Of a stretch of 64,000 nt of DNA, positions 25,957 to 36,586 are shown piece by piece (position 1 is the first letter of the stretch; each line of letters begins with the position of its first letter). Under the pieces are notes generated by a model that was given only the letters and a program-made list of their open reading frames with translations, ran no database searches and had not been told where the DNA came from. Source of the stretch: Curvularia clavata (taxonomy: Eukaryota); NCBI GenBank assembly GCA_023920165.1, contig CP089274.1, positions 5,084,001-5,148,000 on the forward strand, in the 5' to 3' direction. The position numbers and the translations under genes were made by a program.

Positions 25957-26932
25957 TTACTAAATATGTTTTTAGTAGAAATGACATATACATATCTTCT
26001 AGAGCGTAGAATTAAGGTAACTTACAAGCTACATCAGCAGCCATATCTTGTGTCTATCGCACAAAGACATCATATCAAATTAGCCCTACACGAGCAGCTG
26101 TTAGCGAAGTGTCTAGTTAGTCTATTGTTTAAGAATATTAAGTCTACTTACCCCCTACACCAGTAATTATTAGTAGAGTATCTATTTAGTCTATCGATAT
26201 TAAGTCTACTTACAATCTACATAAGCAGCTATTAGCCAAGTATCTAGTTAGTCTATCACGTAAAGATATTAAGTCTACTTACAGTCTACACCAGCAGACA
26301 TTAGTAGAGTATCTAGTTAGTCTATCGACATTAAGTCTACTTACATCCTACACCAGTAGCTATTAGCAAAATATCTAGTTAGTCATTATATAAAGATATC
26401 TATTCTACTTACCCCCTAAATAAGCAGCTGTCAGTAGAGTATCTACTTAGTCTATCGCGTAAAGATATCAAGTCTACTTACAATCTACATAAGCAGCTAT
26501 TAGTAGATTGTCTAGTTAGTCTATTGTGTAAAGATATTAATTCTACTTACAACCTATATGAGCAGCTATTAGCAAAGCATCTAGTAAGTCTATCACTCGG
26601 ATATATGAAGTCTACTTACATCCTACATAAGTAGCCATTAGCAAAGCGTCTAGTTAGTTTATCGTGCAAAAATATTGAGTCTACTTACCTCCTACACGAG
26701 TAGCCATTAGTATAGTATCTAGTTAGTCTGTTGCTTAGATATAACAAGTCTACTCACAACCTACATCATAATAGATATCAGTAACTACACTATGAATCGA
26801 AAGCCATATGCTAACTCAGCTTACCTGTCTCGCGCTCAGAGATTTCTTCTGGAAAGTCTCTATTTCTCGTGAAATTACGGCTGCGTATAGCAAAGATGGC
26901 AAGAACATAGTAACAAATACAAGAAATCTCAT
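25957..26932 (-). CDS. Small secreted prepro-peptide gene built from single-codon (3-nt) micro-exons
   Basis: Exon 1 (26932-26825) is MRFLVFVTMFLPSLLYAAVISREIETFQKKSLSARQ. The 3-nt exons are 26760-58 GTT, 26691-89 GAG, 26622-20 GAT, 26553-51 GTT, 26484-82 ATT, 26415-13 GGG, 26347-45 GAT, 26285-83 ACT, 26216-14 ATT and 26154-52 GGG, then GGC TAA at 26085-80. A further CTT exon lies at 26028-26 and a TAA exon at 25959-57. Introns 1-11 all have a GTRAG donor, RCTRAY branch and TAG acceptor. Confidence 0.8.
26086..26760. repeat. Tandem array of ~69-bp units (66-nt intron plus 3-nt exon), 10 copies
   Basis: The anchor CTACTYAC-NNN-CTA recurs with spacings 62, 69, 62, 68, 69, 69, 69, 69 and 69 bp. 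Minus-strand consensus: GTAAGTAGACTTAATATCTTTACNCGATAGACTAACTAGAYRCTYTRCTAATAGCTGCTTATGTAG-NNN. Confidence 0.95.
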
Positions 26933-27199
26933 GTTGATGTATGTCGATGTAAATAGTAACAAAGATACGTAGTCTGTGTCTAATAACTACTTTACGCTCT
27001 AGATGAAGTACATTTCTTATAATTGGAATAATGCTATCGTATCGTAGCAGTCTTGCGACAGATGGTTGACTACAGCCAAGATATAGCGGTGAGCTAGATG
27101 CTACATAAAATTGCGAGTGGTGTGTGGCGGTGAGATGAATATTTCATGCTATTGCGATTAGTGCGAGGATACTACATCTCAACAAGAAAAAGCATCTAT

Positions 27200-27495
27200 T
27201 AACGCATTCCAGGCCAGGAAACAAAGCTGTCGAACGGGCTTCCAAAGAGGCCACAGGATGGAAAGAGGACGACCGCAGCCACCCACTAGCAGATGCGCCG
27301 CCAATACTCTATCCGATTAGGTAGACCGTCAGGCCCTGCTAGTGCAGCTGCGTACTAAGAAGATAAGCATACTCGACTTTCTCTTCATCCAAAAATTCCT
27401 AGGTTTTACTAGCTCCCGCTGCTAGTGCCGGAAGAGATAACAAACTACCACCTACACCCTACTCTACTATAGGATCCTAAAGGACATCTAGAACT
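27200..27495 (+). mobile_element. Tad1-like LINE 3' fragment (RNase H end plus C-terminal Zn finger), degraded
   Basis: HSRPGNKAVERASKEATGW (RNase H tail resembling GNEAADRAAK) and ALLVQLRTKKISILDFLF..SRC*CRKR*QTTTYTLLYY (degenerate CxC..H...C finger). Confidence 0.65.
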
Positions 27496-27559
27496 AGACA
27501 CTCGTTACACGTGTTTGGGCCAGTTGAGCTTCCCAGTGAGATGTTTTCTCAAAACTATC

Positions 27560-27692
27560 GTAGCGCCCCAGTAGCGCTGAAGTTCATGAGATGGTGTTAA
27601 GCCGGGTGTCCCAAGTTACCCCTGGTTACGTGACAGCAAGTACAAGCCGGTAAAGCGACGTCAGGATACAGTCGCGGTGCCGCATCCTTACA
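27560..27692 (-). mobile_element. Possible LTR 5' end fragment
   Basis: The minus strand begins TGTAAGGATGCGGCACCGCG, a typical LTR terminus, and abuts other TE relics; no partner end or TSD was found. Confidence 0.3.
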
Positions 27693-28188
27693 GTATTCAT
27701 AACTATAGTTATTCAGTTAGTTAACCAGATTCGGTTTTTTAATAGAAATGAAATAGATGAACTGAAAACTCCAAGGCGGACTTAGATTAGAAAGTCGAGG
27801 ACATTTTCAACATTTCGTTGTGCGATAACTAGTTATCTACTTTTTCAGATATTCAGTATCTTGAAATGACCTTAACTTAGGTAGCCGACGGGTCCCACCA
27901 GTATTTCAGGCGGTTAATGTATGCAGATATTCTTTGAATGTATTACTCAGTCTGTATACAGAGGCAGCGCGTTTAGAATTTTGAATTTTTTGATTGTTAG
28001 TAGACAAGGAGGCAATAATAGGACCAGATCAGATTCAGTATAAGACGATGTAGGACGATAGAGCATGTAGTGGTGGAGCCATAGCGATGACAAGTTGGTA
28101 TGTTCATCAAAGTCAATGGAATAGTTGGCTCGCTTGTAAACTACGTTACCCTTGAGCAAAACACAAAGTTGCACCGTGTTGCAAGTCG

Positions 28189-28675
28189 CTATCTAAGTTG
28201 CACGATTGCACCTCTTCCTTGGAGCTTCTCTTCAAGTGCACGCTTTACGGCGTGCACAATAATTGAATCCACTCTCTCAAGCTCCCACTCTACCAAGGCT
28301 GCTAAAGATGACTCAAGATCGGGGTGATCAGCTTTTAGCACTCGCTGACGCTGCTCCACACACAGCCCCATCAAGACAATAGCCTATGCACTTCGACCCT
28401 GTGTTTTCCACGTGAAGGCTAGGTCGGTCATGCTGGTCAATGTGTTGGGATGGTCGGCTCCAAGCTTTGCTTTACGAATCTCCATTACTTGTATCTCTAG
28501 CTTTTCTGCATCGTCCCACCGGTCTTTATACCTATAATTCGACGCTAAGTTGCTCATGCTGGTCAGCGTATCAAGATGCTCTTCGCCGAGCACCTTGTTT
28601 CTCATCTCCATTACCTGCACAAGCAGCTCTTCAGCCTCCTTCCACCGACCCTCATCGAGATACAACATGCCGACT
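28189..28675 (-). pseudogene. TPR-repeat (kinesin-light-chain-like) C-terminus of a fungal NLR/HET-type gene, truncated
   Basis: GRWKEAEELLVQVMEMRNKVLGEEHLDTLTSMSNLA and LGADHPNTLTSM repeats; in-frame TAG at 28384-28386; no upstream NB-ARC/NACHT domain. Confidence 0.75.
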
Positions 28676-30303
28676 GTACGCTATAAAATATCTCTTCTCT
28701 TCTCTTATATTTCAAAGTCATCCAGATACGTCTTCTCTAGTGTAGGGACGTGTGCGGCTAATTCCCTTTGGATTTCTAGATTAAGTATCTCACTCAAGAG
28801 ATAACCCACTGGTGATAGAAAGATCAGCCACTTCATTGATTGGTCCTGCATGTGGTAAAGTGGCAGGTTGAGTAAATACAGGCTAAACAGCTTGGGCCAT
28901 GACGAGTGTAGATTAATTGCAGGACTGACTAACTCGTAGTCCCCTCAGAAATATCGATTGCGGTATTTTATCGATCAAGCATATCGAAGGGATCCTGCTT
29001 CATCATCGCTCTGCGGTCAGCGCAAAGGATATCTATTGCAAGTCACCCGACCCCTAGCCGTTCACCGGTCTAGAATTAGGTGAGCAGGCAGCTGACTTGA
29101 GGTTTTCAAGTCGTTGTAGTACCCCTGAAAATTGATTCTAAGCTACAGCATGAGTCAATAGGGCTGTGAAAGGATTTACGCCAGTATTGAATTAGTCAAA
29201 TAGATGCATCCTTACTCTAGTTGGCGCGCCTGAATGTCAGGCGAAAATTCCACACCAAGGCCATCCTACCAACACGATAAGACACGAGATTTTCTAACGG
29301 ACACGAACTTCTGTTGAAGAATACGAGCTTATTCCTATACTATTATTGGGATATATCATAGGCTAGGCCGCCAACATCTGACTTAAGGATGCACCAATCG
29401 ATTGGAAAGAATGCGAGGCCTTTTAGCGCCCCTCATTCGTACACTGGTACACTCTCATGTGCTTACCTCTTTTTTTTGCATGCTGTCCAGATTGCATATG
29501 ACGCCAAGCACCTCTCGCCCAACTATCATCTTACATGCTAGCCGTAACCGAACAACGCTAGCTTGTGTCAGCAGTACCGTATGCGAGAGTATTAGGATAT
29601 ACTTGAACCAATTACAGTCTGGCATTGACAGGACTAAGATATTTGAGGCAGGTACTTACGGGTTGAGAGAGAGGCTTGGCGTGAGGTGTAACCTATACTG
29701 CATGCAAAAAACGAGAACTGTAAGCGTATGAAAGCGTATGAGGATGCACGTGGGGCCGGGTTTACTCAAGACTGTGACCTCAACCAGGCCTGCAACAACG
29801 TCCACATCCACTTCGGTCCTTCTGCTGTTCCACTGGACATTTCCGTATAAGGGTTTGCATAATCCGTTCTGACCAATAGTCCATAACAAGTTCGAGTAAG
29901 CTCGTGATAGTAGCAAATCAGCCTTACCAGAATGAGTAGGAACCATTCTCGTGGACTTACTTCCTATACTAATATCAGTGTACATCCTAGGCCAGGCCAC
30001 CAATATCATATTTAGAAGTTGCCATAAACAATTGGAGAAAGGAAATATCTTGGCATGGCGGTTACGAAGAGTCCCTTAAGGATCAAGTATATTTAAGAAA
30101 CGTTCATTCCCGTCAAAGCTCTATCTCCAGTCTGCTCAATACATTCAGTCCTCATAGGCGGTATCAAAACATTGGTAAGTTACTGAAGCCCCCTCAACTA
30201 CCTTAGCTCAAGGATAATATAACCAATACGAGAAAAAAGACTTTTCACCAAGACCTCATCTCAAAATGCATTCAAAACCTTAAAAACTCAGCAATCCACC
30301 AAG

Positions 30304-30669
30304 ATGCAACTGCAGACGCTCTTCCTTGCTGGCCTTGCCCTAGCCACCGGCGCCACTGCCGATCGTCTTCTGACGACCACCGCTTTTCCCCTGATAGGTG
30401 CTTGCAACTCGCGGGGAGAATGGCAAGCCTCCAACGGGAATGTGTTCTACAATGTTGACGCCAACGAGGGTTGCCGCAACCCTGGTGTTCCATATGTATA
30501 CAATCTTTGCATGGATTGGGGCAAGGGCAGGGCGCACTGGAATGTTGACAACCAGCCTAACAAGAAGTGCTTTCTGGAGCAGGGATCGGATTTCGATGTG
30601 GGGCCATGCGCCGGTTCTGGTCTCAGCTGCTCCCGACAATGATGGAATGAGGTGGCTTGTTCTTGGTAA
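30304..30669 (+). CDS. Small secreted cysteine-rich effector-like protein with a premature stop near the C-terminus
   Basis: Signal peptide MQLQTLFLAGLALATGATA; six Cys in 112 aa; TGA at 30640-42 is followed in frame by WNEVACSW and TAA. Confidence 0.75.
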
Positions 30670-30983
30670 CGTTGCAGCAACGCAAATGCGATGACAGGGG
30701 TTGAATTATTCCTGAAAATGGTAGAAGTAATTAAACTGCGGGGCAAAAAAGGAAATAGATACTGCGTTTCCGTATAACAATCATATGCTTCGTGAAACCA
30801 GAACCACCTCAATTCCAGTTTCATTTTTAGAGGGTGTCTATTTGTCGCTAGCGAAGTTGCTCCTGCTTGATCCAACAGCATTATCATCGTCGTGATGTGA
30901 TATTTTTTAGGCTAGGGGTCACCGAGGCGGTTAAAGGTAGAGAGCGTGTCGAGTTTGTTTGAGCTTGTTATCTTCCTATTTAT

Positions 30984-31271
30984 GTGGATATGTTTCTTAC
31001 ACAAAGTGAGTAGTGGCTGGATCGATCTTCGAAATAGAGTCAGGGACTCCAGAAGCGACCCCCAAACCTAGAGCACTATTTCTTCATCTACTATTTCTCG
31101 CAGAGTTTTTTTTAAAAATGCGATAATCTTCTAGATATATATATTACAAACGGATGCTGCCCCAATGACGCGTAAGGCAGAGTTATTATCTATTTTGAAA
31201 CCGTCCGCCAACCAAATCTTGATAGCAGGCACGAAGGAGCCAAAAAGAAACGCTCTCGTCAACCGCCATGC
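30984..31271 (-). pseudogene. ~290-bp fragment of a paralog of the AlcR-like TF gene (matches 12063-12350), RIP-mutated
   Basis: Colinear match (for example aaggagccaaaaagaaacgctctcgtcaaccgccatgc is identical), with many C>T/G>A changes creating TAG stops at Trp codons. Confidence 0.9.
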
Positions 31272-32019
31272 CTACCAAGATGTTTTATATCCATGCCAGG
31301 CCAGTAATTTACTTGGATTTGACTTGGCAGCACTCAGATACAATGAGGCTTGCTGTATTGAAAAGCTAAGCTATAGCGCTACGCCACTTAACAAGCTGCA
31401 CTACTGGTGTGTTAGAAACACATAATCTATATATAATCGGGGTAACTCTTGTTGAGCGGACACAAAGTAAAGTGGAATGAATGATAAGATAAGCAGGACT
31501 ATGCGGTCACTGGTTACAACGAAGAGGTGGTCTATCAAGACGCTATTAGGTTCTATGGAACTCAAATAACCCTCCTGTAGTTGCTGCACTGGAAACTTTT
31601 AGTGAAAACAGTGTTAATGACTTACTAAAACGCCGTAGCCGCGGACTGTTACTTGGATCTATATCTCTTAAAATTTCAAAGTAGGATCTAGTATCTTATC
31701 ATTTGCGATTTCCCTGGTTTTGTTTTGTGTCTAACGATTCAGAACTTTGTTAAGGGTTTCTATTGTAACAACTTAGACGCGTCGCCTTTAGACAGAGCAG
31801 GATATATAGAGTTAAACATAAAGTGAGCGTGAATCTGGCTTTCGCTCGGGATGGAAGCGATAGAGTAACGGGAACTATCATGGCCTGCGTGTGCTCACAT
31901 GTCGAACGTTTCTTCTGTACACGTCGTGAAAAGTCACGATTTTGAAACTCGCAGAAACTTCCAATAGTACCATTGGAAATGTTAATGTATACACGAATAT
32001 GCTTTGTCGTCGCGCAAGT

Positions 32020-34394
32020 CTATAAATCATCCACAATCTCCAAATCCATCTCACATTTCTCGGCGACTTCACCAATAATCTCCTCGCTAGCCTCCTCTAC
32101 GCCATTCTTAATAGCAGAGATTATTCCCAGTTCATCATCTAGCTGTGGTAACTCCCCAATATCCGCTTCTATTTCGTTACATCGAATCTGAAGCTGCTGG
32201 TGATACTTGTTCATCTCTTCTTCTGCAAGTGCCTTGATGGCTTCAGCACTTTCGTCTGTTGCCTCTCGCAATTTTCTCTTTGCATGGCTTTGTTCGGCTG
32301 CACTAGCGCTCAAGGGCAGTAGCGCTGCCATGCGTAGGCATGGATTGATGTGGTTTGTTGCAATCTTTTGGTAAAGGTCAGCCGATGTGATTACAAAACT
32401 GAAATGTCCTCGGAGTGTCAGCATAGTTTCGCGAATCATGTTGATCTGAGACTGGTGGAATCCCATCTCGATACTATCGGCGCTCTCAGTTACACCGGCT
32501 TTAATCGTGTCCAGGAACTGTTGTGCTTGGGAGACGCCTACGATAGAGATAATATCTGCCAGCATTTCGAAAAAACCAGCAAGCGTCTTGATTTGGTCCT
32601 GCATGCTGGTCATGGAGTCAATGGATTGTCGGAGGATGCTCTTTGTCTGATCGATCGTCACAGTTTTGTTATCCAAGTCGTCCATCATTCTCACAAACTC
32701 GATCACTTTAGCCTGCGCCGCAAGTTGCATTTCTGTTGATCTCGCCAGGTTCTCTTGGGCATCCTTCATCGCAGTTCTCATTATGAGCAGCTTCTCGTGA
32801 CGAGCCTTCAAAACCTTGGTGTAACCCGAATTCTTGGAGCCGAGGTCAGCAAGAGGCTGATCCAGTGTACCACCAAAGCCTTGGCCTGGTTGAGCTGCTG
32901 CGAACGATCTTAGTTTGATCGCACTAGCAAGCAGAGTGTTCAAAGTATTTTGCCAGCGCTGCACTTTAACCTGCCACTCTGGTCCTGCTCTAGTCTGTGA
33001 ATCGACTGAATCTTTGTCTTTCATGATGGCCGATATTATGTCGATTCCGCCTTCAAGGATACTGTTCGCATTGATGGTGTGCCTACTTTTGAAATCTCCC
33101 AAGCCGTTCTTCAGAGTTCGGAGTTGTTTCGAGCATGCTATGATATCGAGTCCTCCTTCCTGGAGTATGCTAACCAGATCTTCCCGCAGAAGGTCCTGGA
33201 GGCGGAGCAATTGTCCCTCTATCTGCTCTGCAGCTAGAAGTGCAGGGTCGATGCCAACATCGAATGCTTTCTTCGTCATCGGTGGGGCTGACCCATTGTT
33301 CTCAGCATATGTGATGTTTATGTGTCCTTTGCCAACAATATGACCAACTGTGTGGCCAGCCGTTCGTACAATCTCTGTTGCCAGCTTTGGCGTCTCTTTC
33401 ACGATACCGATCGCGGCATGGAGGATGCTTGTGGCGGCGCCTTGAATATCTGAGACAGCTCCAAGTGCAAGAGCGGACCATTCTATTAAAAATTCAGTAT
33501 TGCCATCACAGACATCAGAGTTCGGCTCTCTAACCTCCTTTCTTCGCCGTTTTCTGAAACATCTCTCGGGCTTGTTCCATTTCTCTCCGGGATTCTTCAG
33601 CTCGACTCCGCAGAACATCTACAGCTTGTTGTTTTATCTCCTTCTCTGCTTTCGCCTTCCGTATGTCGAACTCTATAAGGTCTTGCTCCTTTTTTGCGTT
33701 GGCTGTCATGAGTCAGCATAATGTGTTATCATACTACTCTCTAGATCTTACTCAAATCGTTCGCCATGGCTTCGTTCAATTCCCTTGCGCAACTAATCAT
33801 TTTGTCGAAAGCAGATTCAATCTCTCGGGTCCTTTGGGCACAACGGTGCATTTCGCCTTTAAATTTCTTCATATTGTCCATTAGCGTCGCTTTAGCCAGC
33901 TTAGGGTTCTGTAGGGACATCAGGATTGCTTGAACCTGCAGAGGTTAGCCGTCGATTGAGTTGAATGTGAACGTGTTCACTGACATGGCCACTCGTTCCG
34001 AACATGATATTAGTCTGCAACCTGATTGCTGTCATATTTCTGCTAGCACAGTCGAAGGCATCGGACGCAAGATCGACTATTTGTACCATTCCGCTCGATA
34101 GACTTGGATAGCTACCAATAATTCAGCTGAGTTTCTCCTGCATGTTTTCCCGTAGATTTACCGGAGATGTTGAAATCCCTTCTGAGGCTCGGTCAACCGT
34201 ATGCGTAGGGCATGGTCTGTGAAGGCAAGCAATTTGATGTTCCCAAGCAGGTTGATAGCCAACGGCGCAGACATGAGCATGTCTGGCAAGCTTTGTGTCT
34301 GTCCAAGGCTCAGTCTGATATCCTGTTGGAGCTGAGCTGCCGCCGCTCTCCTCTGCGCGACCTCATTTTTAGGGCTTGACCCTTCGCCATCCAT
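32020..34394 (-). CDS. Large all-alpha coiled-coil protein with a central hydrophobic segment, function unknown
   Basis: ATG at 34394 (MDGEGSSPK). Four canonical introns join the ORF pieces in frame to the long last exon; heptad-rich, with hydrophobic WSALALGAVSDIQGAATSILHAAIGIV; no signal peptide. Confidence 0.75.
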
Positions 34395-35048
34395 ATCTGT
34401 TTTGGTGAATTTGTGATAAAATGGATTATACAGCAAAATCAGCGGGTGTGCAACTCATTTATCAACACTCAAAGCGACGAGGTCGCGGTGGACGCTGTCT
34501 TTGAAATATACCATCTGCAAAACAGTGGCGTTAGCAGCTTTCTGTTGTCAATGCGGTGATAGTTTTCCTATGGAGAGATTCGATCAAGACTCTACCCAAA
34601 AAGGAAAAAAAAAAACTTAATTTGGCCGCCAATTCTGGACTAGCTGCGCGGTTCAATAAAGCCACCACCTCAGCTGAAACTCAACAAATGCACTTGGCGG
34701 CTACATGACCAAAAGGAAACTATCTGATTGGAGATTCGAAAATCCACCTGCATACTCGGGAAGACTCTTGTCTCAGCTGCGACGTGAGAACATCGCTTCG
34801 TCGCAGCAAAAAGCAACCGAGGGTTCTTGATAGGCTACTCACGAATCTGCCTGAAGGCTGAGATGTCTGCCTTGGCGGATAGCAATAATGGCGTATCGCC
34901 GCAACAAATGCCTAGTGGCTGGACGCCACCGTAAGCCCATCGTAGACTTCTGGGATGTTGCGTGTGTACCTACTATTCACATCGTATTCATCCATACACA
35001 AAGCCTTAGCAATGTATTGGGCCCTCTTACACTACTCCGTTGACTTCT

Positions 35049-36329
35049 ATGGCGACTCATTCATCTTTTTTGAGCAAAGTCTCCGACTTGCTGGAATCGA
35101 ACGAGGGGCTCTCCAGGGAGCTCAAACATTTGGACACTCGACGAGCAGATTTGGAGCAGCAGTTGAACATACACGTTGCCTCACTCAACTTGGTCATCCG
35201 GTGCCTTCCCGAAGCAGTCGATACTCTTTTGCTCAATGAACATCCGGTGAGCAGTCTAAGATCCATACAAGGGATACGGCAGTCCTAACAAAGATTCTCT
35301 GTCATCTCAGGCCTCCAAGAAGAGCCTGGTAACGAGTCTTACAATGGCGTTTCTCTCATCCCTATCTCTGCAACCTGCCAAAGATACGTTGAGTACACTC
35401 GAAAAAAAAATCTCGGAGATAAGAACAATCGATACCGCACTGAGAAGCTCGGAACAGTTAGCGAAAGGTGACGCATATAAGGCAGCCGATCTAGCATCGA
35501 GATTGGCTGTTCAAAGCATTAATTGTTCCACCATTCTACGGCAGGTATCAGACGAGAGGTTGAAGAAAGACAAACAGCTTTCCAATGTCAATACCAGAAT
35601 CGGACAAGCGACGGAAAGTATTGAAAGGAGCAGGAGTCTTTCAAATCAGATGAGTGCTCAAGCTCGCCATCACGATCAGGAAGCTTCTCAATTTGACAAT
35701 GTTAGTATATCCAGAAATTATCGTGTATAGTTCTAATTACCGGAAGGTGGGAAGATGTACCTGGTTCATTCCAGGAATCAATCTCATTACAGTTCCCATT
35801 GCCTTAATCGGATCAAGGTACGATGTCTTAGACTTATTATAAGTTTCCTCGTTACTTACGGCATTGCAGTGTGCATGGAAATAAAGCTTCAGAATGTAGA
35901 GCTCTGCAATCTGCCTCTGAGTCTGAAATCAAGGACAACGAGTCACAAAAGGTTGTCCTCGAACAAGAAATGTCACAGCTAGATACGGCTCTTCGAGAAC
36001 TTAGTGAAGCCATCAGCCACTGTTCTGCGAGCGAGAGGCAAGCGTCGCAGTTCAAAGATGAAACCAAGATTCTCTTGGATCAATATGGGCGTATCAGCGA
36101 TCATCTGAAACAGGTGATCAAGTCACTGGATGTTGTTGCGAGCGATTTTACATCCAATCCGTTTGACTGGGATACCTCACGTTACATCGCCTTACACTCT
36201 ATCTTGCATATTGTCACAACGCTTCATGAAGGGGGTTTCTTGGAGGAATTTAACTATGCCTTGCTCAGAAGATTGAAGGTCATCAAAATGCCTGGCATGC
36301 AGACACCATTGATGGAGGTAGAATGGTGA
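35049..36329 (+). CDS. Coiled-coil hairpin protein with a central hydrophobic segment, function unknown
   Basis: Exons about 35049-35246, 35311-35700, 35747-35817 and 35870-36329 splice in frame; two long coiled coils flank TWFIPGINLITVPIALIGS; divergent from the 32020-34394 gene. Confidence 0.75.
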
Positions 36330-36586
36330 GTAAAGGAAGGCTATGATTTCTCAGCGCATGTGTTCTAGCCCAATAGGCATAAAAATAACAATCAAGACGG
36401 ATAGGCATATATGCATATTACGACTTACCTTGACGAACCCGGCTCTCGTTTAAACATTTGCCTAAGCTGTGCCCATAATATGCTAGCATCAACCCTTTTA
36501 CGCCTACAAACAACTGATTATTCTAATACAAAGTTAAGACACGGGTATGCTCTGAACTACTGATTGAAATAGCCTTTAGAAGGCCG

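Noticed and set aside
26086..26760. Reading the 69-bp array as a CRISPR array, a plain minisatellite or a 23-aa protein repeat (ORF 25966-26166)
   Set aside because: The context is eukaryotic, the spacers are 3 nt and there are no cas genes. The plus-strand frame has stops and 7-nt frameshifts. Conservation concentrates on splice signals, and a phase-compatible signal-peptide exon lies upstream.
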